Positions 44,869-53,111 of a stretch of 64,000 nucleotides of DNA are shown here, in pieces (the stretch's first letter is position 1; the number at the start of each line of letters is the position of its first letter). Position numbers and translations under genes: made by a program. Below the pieces are notes generated by a model that had not been told where the DNA came from, searched no databases, and was given only the letters and a program-made list of their open reading frames with translations. The DNA lies in the NCBI GenBank assembly GCA_046262615.1, contig JBHEML010000008.1, positions 720 to 64,719 on the forward strand. The letters are read 5' to 3'. The DNA is from Candidatus Limnocylindria bacterium (GTDB taxonomy: Bacteria > Chloroflexota > Limnocylindria > P2-11E).

Positions 44869-45815
44869 GCCTCCGCGATGCCGGCGGCGCCGTGGGCGAT
44901 CAGCAGGTCCGCACCCGCTCGTCGGGCGGCGCGGAGGGCCTCGCGCTGTGGTCCCCGCTCGTCGGTGAGGCGCTCGGCGGCGGCGGCGAGCGCGAAGTGC
45001 TCGTCGAGCGTCTGGTACGAGAAGATCGGCTCGTTGGTCTCGCGGGAGAGCATCGCGAGGATGTCGCCTGTCGCCAGCGACGGCTTGACGACGACGGCGT
45101 CGGCGCCCGCCTGGATGTCGCGGCGGGCACGCGCCCTTGCGGCGCCGCGGTCATCGTCCGCAAGCAGCGGGACCGCGCGCTCGCGGATCAGCGTGGCACC
45201 AACAGCGACGCGGTGCGAGTGGTACATGCAGCTCTCGATCTTGGCCATCGCGGCGATGGGAACCTCCTCGGCGGCGTCCGCGAGGGCGGCGCGCAGCGCG
45301 GCGACGGTGCCGTCGAGCATTCCGGATGGCAGCAGAAGGTCGGAGCCGGCTTCGGCGTGCGCGATCGCGATCTCCCCGAGGCGCTCGAGGGTGCCGGCGA
45401 CATCGGCGCCCTCGCGTCCGAACAGCACGCACTGGCCGTGGCTGGTGTACGCGCAGACGCAGACGTCGGTGACGACGGCGAGGTCGGGCACCGCGTCCTT
45501 CACGCAGCGGATCGCGCGGGGCACGATGTGACCGGGCTGGCTTGCGATGAGGGCGAGCTCGTCCTTGCGGTCCGACGCGCCGAAGATCAGGAGCCCGGCG
45601 ATCCCCGCGGCCGCGGCGGCCCGCGCCTCGCGCACGAGCTCCGTCAGCGAAAGCCGCTCGACGCCCGCCAGACCTTCCACCGGCTCGCGGTCCTCGACCG
45701 ACGCCGACACGATCACGGGTACGACGCAGCGGGCGGCCAGCGTGTCGCTCTTCAGCGCGCGCGACCATGCCGGATGCTCCGCGAGCCGCCCCCCGGTGAG
45801 TGTCCCGTTCGCCAT
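44865..45815 (-). CDS. porphobilinogen synthase (HemB/ALAD) family protein, divergent
   Basis: Track ORF. Collinear with HemB by eye. Cys-rich Zn site: DVCVCAYTSHGQC. Both Schiff-base Lys contexts are kept (AMAKIES, VVVKPS). FYGPFR is replaced by MYHSHR, and YQVSGEY by YQTLDEH. Confidence 0.65.
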   Translation of the reverse strand: MANGTLTGGRLAEHPAWSRALKSDTLAARCVVPVIVSASVEDREPVEGLAGVERLSLTELVREARAAAAAGIAGLLIFGASDRKDELALIASQPGHIVPRAIRCVKDAVPDLAVVTDVCVCAYTSHGQCVLFGREGADVAGTLERLGEIAIAHAEAGSDLLLPSGMLDGTVAALRAALADAAEEVPIAAMAKIESCMYHSHRVAVGATLIRERAVPLLADDDRGAARARARRDIQAGADAVVVKPSLATGDILAMLSRETNEPIFSYQTLDEHFALAAAAERLTDERGPQREALRAARRAGADLLIAHGAAGIAEA

Positions 45816-45864
45816 GAACCCATGGTATTGCCGCTCGAAGGGCGTGCCCGTTTAGCATTGACTC

Positions 45865-46986
45865 TTGGTGGGACATCGAGCGCTCGCACTGGCCCTGACC
45901 CTCGCCTTCGTCGCAGGCGCATGCTCCAGCGGCGCTCCCGCGGCGCGGACGATCGTTGACGGACCGACACACCAGATCAACCTGGCGGAGCAGGCGCCCG
46001 CTGGCGCGCTCGTCCTCGAGCAGTCGGCCGCGTCCGCGGCGCCCGCGCCGCCGCCCGCCGCACCCGTTGCCGATCCTGCGCCGGCGGTGCGAGCCGCCGG
46101 AGTCCGCGCCGATCTTCCACAGGTCAGCCACGTATGGCAGACGCTGAACAACTGCGGGCCGGCGTCGGTCGTCATGGCGCTTGCGGCCTTCGACGTCGCG
46201 GCGTCGCAGGAGGTCGCCCGCCTAGCGCTGCGCGGACCGGATCTTCGGCGGGGCATGCCGAGCGCGGGCGTCGACCCATGGGTGCGCGAACAATTCGGCC
46301 TGCGCTCTGTCGTTCGCACTAACGGGACGAACGAGCTGATGAAGCGTCTGCTGGCGAACGGATTCACGCCCATCGTCACGCAGTGGCTCGAGGATCCGAC
46401 GCGCATCGCGCACGACCGGCTCGTGCGCGGGTACGACGACTCGATGTCGGCCTTCCTGGTCAACGATCCCATGAAGGGCGCCGCCGTACCGCTCTCGTAC
46501 TCGTGGTTCGCCACGAACTGGCAGGCCTTCAACTACAGCTACTTCGTCATCTACCGCCCGGAGGACGAGGCCCTGCTGCGCGCCGTCATCGGAGACGACT
46601 GGAACGACCGGATCATGCGCGCGCGGACGTACGAGCGCGCCAAGGTGGAAGCCCGCGACCAGGATTCGTCGGCCGCGTGGCTCTTCTACGGCGAAGCCGC
46701 GTACCGGTTCGGGATGTTCGAAGAGGCGGTCGCCGCGTTCGAAACGGGAATGTCGCGCGGCTCCCCCTTTGGCGTCTTCACCGTCCGTTCGAGCTACCCG
46801 CTCGCGCTGCTGGCGACCGGACGCGCGGCCGACTCGGACGCGGCCGCGGGCCGCCTCGCCAACTCGAGCTCGACGCCCTTCGTCCGTCCGACGGCCGTCG
46901 ACCCGCTCGCACTGACGCTCGCCGCGGAGCGCCTGGCGGAGCGCGCGGCGGCGGCGGTCGCGCCCTCGACGGCGACGATCAACTAG
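45865..46986 (+). CDS. lipoprotein with a C39-like (papain-fold) peptidase domain and a TPR-like C-terminus
   Basis: Track ORF. Lipobox: LTLAFVAGAC. WQTLNNCGPASVVMAL resembles the Peptidase_C39_2 catalytic Cys region. Confidence 0.55.
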   Translation: MVGHRALALALTLAFVAGACSSGAPAARTIVDGPTHQINLAEQAPAGALVLEQSAASAAPAPPPAAPVADPAPAVRAAGVRADLPQVSHVWQTLNNCGPASVVMALAAFDVAASQEVARLALRGPDLRRGMPSAGVDPWVREQFGLRSVVRTNGTNELMKRLLANGFTPIVTQWLEDPTRIAHDRLVRGYDDSMSAFLVNDPMKGAAVPLSYSWFATNWQAFNYSYFVIYRPEDEALLRAVIGDDWNDRIMRARTYERAKVEARDQDSSAAWLFYGEAAYRFGMFEEAVAAFETGMSRGSPFGVFTVRSSYPLALLATGRAADSDAAAGRLANSSSTPFVRPTAVDPLALTLAAERLAERAAAAVAPSTATIN

Positions 46987-47087
46987 GCGGCAGCGCGGCG
47001 CGCATCGGCGCCGTGACGTGCGGTGAATTCGGCCCGTGTCGCGTTGGCGCCCAGCCACGCTCGCGGCGCCATTTGCGCCGACGCAGG

Positions 47088-48269
47088 TCAGCGCGCGGCG
47101 GCGAGCTCCGCGGTGCGGGCGAGCCGGTGTGAAGCCTCGGCGAGCAGCTCGTCGGTCTTGCAGAACGTGAAGCGCACCAGGCTCTGGCCGAGCTCCGGGC
47201 GGGAGAAGAACGACGAGCCGGGCACGGCCGCGACACCGACCGCGGCGACGAGCCAGCGCGCGAACGACACGTCGTCGGGGAAGCCGAAGCCGGATATATC
47301 GCACAGCGTGTAGTAGGCGCCCTCAGGAACGCTGGGCCTGAATCCCGCGTCGGCGAGGCCCGCGACCAGGACGCCGCGGCGGCGCCGGTAGTCGCGCGCG
47401 AGCCCTTCGTAGTACGGCTGGCCCATCGAGAGCGCGTCGGCCACCGCCTCCTGGAGCGGCGCCGGCGCGCCGACGGTGAGGAAGTCGTGCACCTTGCGTA
47501 TGCCGGCGGTCAGCTCCGGCGGCGCGACGATCCAGCCGACCCGCCATCCCGTCACCGAGAAGGTCTTGCTCGCACCCGAGATCGTCACGGTGCGCTCGGC
47601 CATGCCGGGCAGCGTCGCCATCGGGACATGTTCGCCGGAATAGAGGATGTGCTCGTAGATCTCGTCGGTGACGGCGGTCGCGTCGTGCTCGATGCACAGC
47701 TCGGCGATCAGGCGGAGCTCGTCGCGCCTGAGCACCCGTCCCGTCGGGTTGTTCGGCGTGTTCACGACGATCGCGCGCGTCATTGGACCGAACGCGGCGC
47801 GCAGCTCGTCCGGGTCGAAGGTGTATTCGGGCGGGCGGAGCGGCACGTAAACGGGACGCGCGCCGCAGATGGCCGCGTCCGGCCCGTAATTCTCGTAGAA
47901 CGGCTCGAAGACGATGACCTCGTCCCCCGGTTCGACGATCGCCAGCAGCGTGGCGATCATCGCCTCGGTCGCGCCACAAGTCACCGTCACCATCCGGTCG
48001 GGATCGACCTCTAGCCCGTAGAGCTCGTAGTAGGCCCGCGCGAGACCTTCGCGGAGGGCCGGCGACCCCCAGGTGATGGCGTACTGGTTGATGTCCGCGT
48101 CGATGGCGCGCTTGGCCGCGTCCTTGATCCGCTGGGGCGCGGAAAAGTCGGGGAACCCCTGCGCGAGGTTGATGCCGCCGTGGATCGCGTTGAGGCGGGT
48201 CATCTCGCGGATCACCGACTCCGTGAAGCCCTCCGTCCGCGCGGCGAGGACCCTGCGGGCGAGCCTCAT
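47088..48269 (-). CDS. PLP-dependent class I/II aminotransferase (YbdL / KAT-like)
   Basis: Track ORF. Motifs: INLAQGFPDF, NTPNNPTG, SGASKTFSVTGWRVGW. Confidence 0.9.
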   Translation of the reverse strand: MRLARRVLAARTEGFTESVIREMTRLNAIHGGINLAQGFPDFSAPQRIKDAAKRAIDADINQYAITWGSPALREGLARAYYELYGLEVDPDRMVTVTCGATEAMIATLLAIVEPGDEVIVFEPFYENYGPDAAICGARPVYVPLRPPEYTFDPDELRAAFGPMTRAIVVNTPNNPTGRVLRRDELRLIAELCIEHDATAVTDEIYEHILYSGEHVPMATLPGMAERTVTISGASKTFSVTGWRVGWIVAPPELTAGIRKVHDFLTVGAPAPLQEAVADALSMGQPYYEGLARDYRRRRGVLVAGLADAGFRPSVPEGAYYTLCDISGFGFPDDVSFARWLVAAVGVAAVPGSSFFSRPELGQSLVRFTFCKTDELLAEASHRLARTAELAAAR

Positions 48270-48294
48270 TCGTGCATCCGGCGGCGGATCGGCA

Positions 48295-48369
48295 TCAGCA
48301 GCCCACGCGCTTGTCGAAGCGGTTCAACGGTCGCTCGCCGCGCTCGATGCGGCGGACGTTCTCCACGGA
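48295..48369 (-). pseudogene. 75-nt relic duplicate of the 3' end of the adjacent dehydrogenase gene, in frame and with its own TGA
   Basis: Abuts the real stop. 62 of 75 nt are identical to 48370..48444. It translates to SVENVRRIERGERPLNRFDKRVGC*, against the true C-terminus FVENVRRFERGEQLLNVVDKRVGY*. Confidence 0.65.
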
Positions 48370-49329
48370 TCAGTAGCCGACGCGCTTGTCGACGACGTTC
48401 AGCAGCTGCTCGCCGCGTTCGAAGCGGCGCACGTTCTCCACGAACAGCGAGAGCGTCCGCTCGCGGACGCGCGGCGAGGAGTTCGACACGTGCGGCGTTA
48501 CGATCGCGTTCGGCAGGACCCACCAAGGGCTGTCGGCCGCGAGCGGCTCGGTGCTGAACACGTCCAGCGCCGCACCCCCGATGCGGCCGTCGCGGCATGC
48601 GGCGAGCAGGGCACCTTCGTCGACGATCGCGCCACGAGCGATGTTCACCAGCCACGCCGTCGGTCTCATCCGCGCGATCACGTCAGCGGACACCATGCCG
48701 CGCGTCTGCGGCGTGAGCGCCGCGGTTATGGCCAGGTAGTCGGCCTCGGCGGCCACGTCGGCGAGAGCATCGCTCGCCACGACGCGCTCGGCTCCCGGTG
48801 ATGAACGGCTCGGGTCGCGACGGATCCCCGTGACGCGCATCCCCACGCCGGACGCGAGCCGGGCAAGCTCGCTGCCGATGCTTCCCATACCGAGGATCAC
48901 GAGCGAGGCGTCCCGCAGCTCGGCGTGCCCCGGATCCTTCACCCACTGGTGTCGCGCCTGGGAGAGGAGATGGTGCGGGACGCGCTTGGCGACAGCGAAC
49001 AGCATCGCCATGACGTGCTCCGCGATGGGGACGTCGTACGCACCGGTGTTGTTCGTCAGGACCACGTCTTCGCGCTCGAGCAGCTCGGGGATGAGCAGTC
49101 GCTCGACCCCGGCAGAGACGGTGTGCACCCAGCGGAGACGCGGGCACTCGCGCAACAGAGCGCGCACGCGGTCGGCCGAAGGAGACCCCATCGCGACGTC
49201 CGCTTCGCGCGCCGCGGCGACGGACTCCTCTGCGCCGAGAGGGATGATCGTCGCCTCCGGCAGCGCGGAGTGGAGATCGTCGAAGATCGGGATCGCGGCG
49301 AACCCGCCATAGACGGCGATGGTGGTCAC
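48370..49329 (-). CDS. D-isomer-specific 2-hydroxyacid dehydrogenase family protein
   Basis: Track ORF 48370..49683 trimmed to GTG 49329, which overlaps the NUDIX stop (GTGA). Motifs: ILGMGSIGSELARL, VNIARGAIVDE, TPHVS. Confidence 0.85.
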   Translation of the reverse strand: MTTIAVYGGFAAIPIFDDLHSALPEATIIPLGAEESVAAAREADVAMGSPSADRVRALLRECPRLRWVHTVSAGVERLLIPELLEREDVVLTNNTGAYDVPIAEHVMAMLFAVAKRVPHHLLSQARHQWVKDPGHAELRDASLVILGMGSIGSELARLASGVGMRVTGIRRDPSRSSPGAERVVASDALADVAAEADYLAITAALTPQTRGMVSADVIARMRPTAWLVNIARGAIVDEGALLAACRDGRIGGAALDVFSTEPLAADSPWWVLPNAIVTPHVSNSSPRVRERTLSLFVENVRRFERGEQLLNVVDKRVGY

Positions 49330-49943
49330 GAGAATCGCGCGGCTTCGAACCGGCCCGTGGCATCGCATGCCATGGCGCGCTGCATCTCGCTCATGTCGGC
49401 AGGCAGCGAATCGGGGGCAACGAAGCGGACGTCGAGCGTTTCGATAGAGGGGGTCGGGTCGCCGCCGGTCACGCGGCCGCGGAAGCAGCAGGTGTAGATG
49501 TGGTACGGCGAGCGGCTGCTGAAGCGGCTGTTGTCGTAGACGCCGACGAGCGCGTCGAGCTCCGCCTCGAGCCCCGCTTCCTCCAGCAGCTCGCGCAGGG
49601 CATTCTCCGAGGGCGTCGATCCGACCTCGCAAAAGCCGCCCGGCAGCGCCCAGCGACGGTTGTCCGCCCGCTGGATGAGGCATACCCGCCCGGAGGCGTC
49701 GAAGGCCGCGACGGCGCAGCCCACCTTCGGCGTGACGTACCCGGTGTCAGGAAGGAACGGCCGCTCCGGCGAGAACGCGGCGTCGGTCGTCACCTCCGCG
49801 ATGCCCTCGGCGATGCCGGCCATGCGCCGGTAACGCTCGCGGTCATACGGATCGGTGCCGTACTCGAGGCCCGTGCGCGCCATCGCCGCCAGCTCGTGCG
49901 CCCAGAATCGCAGGCGCTGCGACGGTTCGGTCACGGAGGACAC
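49326..49943 (-). CDS. NUDIX hydrolase with an N-terminal Nudix_N_2-type domain
   Basis: Track ORF. Nudix box: GGFCEVGSTPSENALRELLEEAG. Confidence 0.85.
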   Translation of the reverse strand: MSSVTEPSQRLRFWAHELAAMARTGLEYGTDPYDRERYRRMAGIAEGIAEVTTDAAFSPERPFLPDTGYVTPKVGCAVAAFDASGRVCLIQRADNRRWALPGGFCEVGSTPSENALRELLEEAGLEAELDALVGVYDNSRFSSRSPYHIYTCCFRGRVTGGDPTPSIETLDVRFVAPDSLPADMSEMQRAMACDATGRFEAARFS

Positions 49944-50006
49944 CGGCCGATACTAGTGTCGCGGCGGTCGCACGCGGCGGTCGCGTGCAGCAAGGGGGTA
50001 GCGCAG

Positions 50007-51074
50007 GTGGAGATCCTTGAATTCCGCAGCGACACGTTCACGCTTCCGACCGAGTCGATGCGCCGCGCGATGAACAGCGCGGAGCTCGGCGACGACCAGT
50101 ACGGAGAGGACCCGACGGTCCGAAGGCTCGAGGCGCGCTCGGCGGAGGTCGTCGGCAAGGAGGCCGCCGTCTACGTCCCGAGCGGGATGATGGGCAACCT
50201 CTGCGGGATACTTTCGCAGGCTGGCAGAGGCGAAGAGGTCATCTTCGGCGACATGGCGCACATCTACCAGAACGAGATGGGCGCGTTCGCGGTCCTCGGT
50301 GGCCTGCACGGGCGGACCGTGCCGAACCGCGACGGCCTTCCGGCGCTCGCGGACATCGAGGGGGCGATCCGCCCGGCCGCCGGCCCATTCCCGCGGACCG
50401 CGCTCGTGTGTCTCGAAAACTCCCACAACAACTGCGGCGGCGCGGTGATCACCGCCGACCAAACCCGTGCGGTCGCGGAACTCGCTCATCGCCACGGCGC
50501 AGGCGTCCACCTCGACGGCGCGAGGATCTTCAATGCGGCTGTCGCGCTCGGCGTGGAGGCGCGCGATCTCGCGGCACCCGTGGACACCGTGCAGTTCTGC
50601 TTCTCGAAGGGGCTCGCGGCGCCGGTCGGGTCGGTCCTCTGCGGCACCGGCGAGACCGTCGCAAAGGCGCGCAAGATCCGCAAGCTCCTCGGGGGCGCGA
50701 TGCGCCAGTCGGGCGTCATCGCGGCGGCCGCGCTCGTCGCGCTGGAGGAGATGCGCGAGCGCCTGGTGGAGGACCACGTGAACGCGCGCGCGCTGGCCGA
50801 CGGGCTGGCGGGCATCCCCGGCGCCGTGATCGAGCCGGACCGGGTGCAGACGAACATCGTGTCGTTCGCGATCGACCCCGACGCGATGGACGCCGGAGCG
50901 TTCCAGGCCGCGTGCTTAGAGCGTGGCCTTCGCCTGTCGCGGTACCTGGGCAACTCGCCGCGGCTGCGCATGGTCACGCACCACGGGGTCTCCTCCGCCG
51001 ACGTCAGCGCAGCCCTGGAGATCATGTCGGCGGTCCTCGCCGCGACGCGCGTACCGGCGGCCGCCGCGGACTGA
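50007..51074 (+). CDS. ltaE: low-specificity L-threonine aldolase
   Basis: Track ORF 49500..51074 trimmed to GTG 50007 (VEILEFRSDTFTLPT). Motifs: GDDQYGEDPT, FCFSKGLAAPVGS. Confidence 0.85.
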   Translation: MEILEFRSDTFTLPTESMRRAMNSAELGDDQYGEDPTVRRLEARSAEVVGKEAAVYVPSGMMGNLCGILSQAGRGEEVIFGDMAHIYQNEMGAFAVLGGLHGRTVPNRDGLPALADIEGAIRPAAGPFPRTALVCLENSHNNCGGAVITADQTRAVAELAHRHGAGVHLDGARIFNAAVALGVEARDLAAPVDTVQFCFSKGLAAPVGSVLCGTGETVAKARKIRKLLGGAMRQSGVIAAAALVALEEMRERLVEDHVNARALADGLAGIPGAVIEPDRVQTNIVSFAIDPDAMDAGAFQAACLERGLRLSRYLGNSPRLRMVTHHGVSSADVSAALEIMSAVLAATRVPAAAAD

Positions 51075-51097
51075 GATGACTTCTCGATGCTGACCCG

Positions 51098-51113
51098 CGG
51101 CGGTCACGTTGCG
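51098..51113 (+). promoter_or_regulatory. weak sigma-54 -24/-12-like element upstream of the TadG-like gene
   Basis: cGGCGGTCACGTTGCg has the correct GG-N10-GC spacing and a perfect TTGC. The -24 half is GGCGG rather than GGCAC. It lies about 107 nt upstream of ATG 51220. Chance matches are common at this GC content. Confidence 0.2.
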
Positions 51114-51219
51114 CCGTGACGGGCGGTCATCCGGCTGACGAACGGCCCGTCCCGGGGAGTACGAAGGTCATGGCCCGCCCGTTGCGGCGCGGTCCCGCCC
51201 GCCGTTACGTCCTACGAGG

Positions 51220-53085
51220 ATGCACACGAGGGGCAGGTCCGGTGGTTTCCGCGCGGACGAGAGCGGCCAGGTGGCCGTGCTCGTCGCGTTGCTGTTCACC
51301 GTCCTCGTCGGTTTCGCCGGCCTCGCGATCGATGCCGGCCGCTTCTACGCGGAGCGGCGCAGCCTGCAGAACGCCGTGGACGCCGCGGCGCTCGCCTGCG
51401 CCGGCGGCCAAAACCTCGGTCTCTCCCCGGCGCAGAGCATCCAGCGCGGCAGAGACGTCTTCGCGCTCGACACGGCCACCAGCCCGATCGGCGTGACCGC
51501 GACGTTGCCCTTGACCGCGGTGTACCAGCCGAACATCCCGAGCGACGGCCGCAACCTTTCCCAGGGGATCGTGATCTCAAGCGCGGGATGCCGCGCCGCG
51601 ACCGCCACCACGGTGCACACGTACTTCATCCAGCTCTTCGGGATGTCGACCATCCCCGTCTTCGCGAACGCGTACGCCGCGCGCGACGGCGGCTTCCTTC
51701 CGGTGGTGGTGCAGCGCTGGGAGAACCCGCCGGGCCCGGGGGGCGGCTACCACGACCACACGAAGACGAGCGGGAACGACAGCGCCAACTGCGTCAAGGG
51801 CGCGGCCGACAACTGTCCTGACGCGAGCGACGCGAGTCCCGGCCGCGTCTTCACGCTGTTCGGACAAGGGGCCAGCGCGCTGAACGACTCGAGCTTCCGC
51901 GGCAACATCGTCCTCGACATCCGCGAGTACGAGACCGACACCCACGTCGGCTACAACGGCGTGGCCGGGAACGACAATCCGGACAACGACAAGGCCTTCG
52001 AGGCAGGCTGGATCACGGCGCAGGGCGGCTACCCGGGTCCCGAGCTGTGCCCGGCGCTCATGAACCAGTTCCAGCCGTGCGCGCAGATCGCCGTGACCAA
52101 TGGGAACACGGCCGGCATCTACATCGACGAGTTCGAGAAGCGCTACAGCGTCGGCGACGTCGTCATGCTCCAGGTCTACGACGGCTTCGTGAAGACGGTG
52201 TCCAACTTCACCGTGCAGCCTCCGACCGTCCTCGACATCGGGAATGCCCAGAACAAGTCCCCCGGCAACGTGGTCGTGGCGGGCACCGGTGGCTTCCGTC
52301 CCACGCAGGTCGCGCTCACCCTCGCCGCCGACCCCGGCGATCCCGCGAACCCGATCACGCTGGGCACGATGACGCGAGGGACGTTCACACCCGCCTCCGC
52401 CGCGACGACGTACACCTCGGCCTGGACGAACGTCGCGACGACCTCGGCCGCGACGGGCATTTACGCGGTGTACGTGCACGGAGCGGCGGCGGCCCCCTAT
52501 CAACTGATCACGCACGACCAGATGGTCATCCTCAACGTCGGTAACCAGGTCAAGGACTTCGACCCCGGCGCTTCCACGACCGCCAGGGCGGTGTCGCCGT
52601 CGGGACCGATCGCGAACTACACCGTCAATCTGAAGGCCAAGGCCGGCTGGTCGACGTCTGTCACGCTCACGTTCGACAGCTGCCCCGGCGGCCAGCCCGC
52701 GGCCGCCCCGTACAAGTGCTATTTCAACAACGACACGTCAGCGAAGACGTTCGTGATGACGCCCACGGGGAGCGGTGCGAGCGTCACGGCGAGCGTCGCG
52801 ACCGCGAGTCTCGGCGGCAACCACTACCCGTTCGACGTTCGCGCAACGGGGCTCGACCTCGCCGCACCGGTCACCCGGATCATCCAGATGTCGCTCGATG
52901 TCGACACCGCGTCAGGGAGCCGGAACGACTACGTGGACGTTCTCGGGTATGGCGTTTTCCGGATCACGAAGGTCGACTCGAACGGCGTCGACGGCGTCGC
53001 GGTCTCCGGCATGGCGCTCGACCCGAACGACGACCGCCTTGCGCGAGGACGCTCGGTCCGCCTCAAGCCATGGGAGACGCCGTAG
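51220..53085 (+). CDS. large TadG-like (Tad_N / TadE-G-like N-terminus) putative pilus-associated surface protein
   Basis: Track ORF. The N-terminus RADESGQVAVLVALLFTVLVGFAGLAIDAGRFYAERRSLQNAVDAAALA is the TadE/G-like signature. The remainder is Asn/Thr/Gly-rich with paired Cys. GC content is visibly lower than in neighbouring genes. Confidence 0.65.
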   Translation: MHTRGRSGGFRADESGQVAVLVALLFTVLVGFAGLAIDAGRFYAERRSLQNAVDAAALACAGGQNLGLSPAQSIQRGRDVFALDTATSPIGVTATLPLTAVYQPNIPSDGRNLSQGIVISSAGCRAATATTVHTYFIQLFGMSTIPVFANAYAARDGGFLPVVVQRWENPPGPGGGYHDHTKTSGNDSANCVKGAADNCPDASDASPGRVFTLFGQGASALNDSSFRGNIVLDIREYETDTHVGYNGVAGNDNPDNDKAFEAGWITAQGGYPGPELCPALMNQFQPCAQIAVTNGNTAGIYIDEFEKRYSVGDVVMLQVYDGFVKTVSNFTVQPPTVLDIGNAQNKSPGNVVVAGTGGFRPTQVALTLAADPGDPANPITLGTMTRGTFTPASAATTYTSAWTNVATTSAATGIYAVYVHGAAAAPYQLITHDQMVILNVGNQVKDFDPGASTTARAVSPSGPIANYTVNLKAKAGWSTSVTLTFDSCPGGQPAAAPYKCYFNNDTSAKTFVMTPTGSGASVTASVATASLGGNHYPFDVRATGLDLAAPVTRIIQMSLDVDTASGSRNDYVDVLGYGVFRITKVDSNGVDGVAVSGMALDPNDDRLARGRSVRLKPWETP

Positions 53086-53111
53086 CGGAGGCCGACGCCG
53101 CACAGCGCTCC

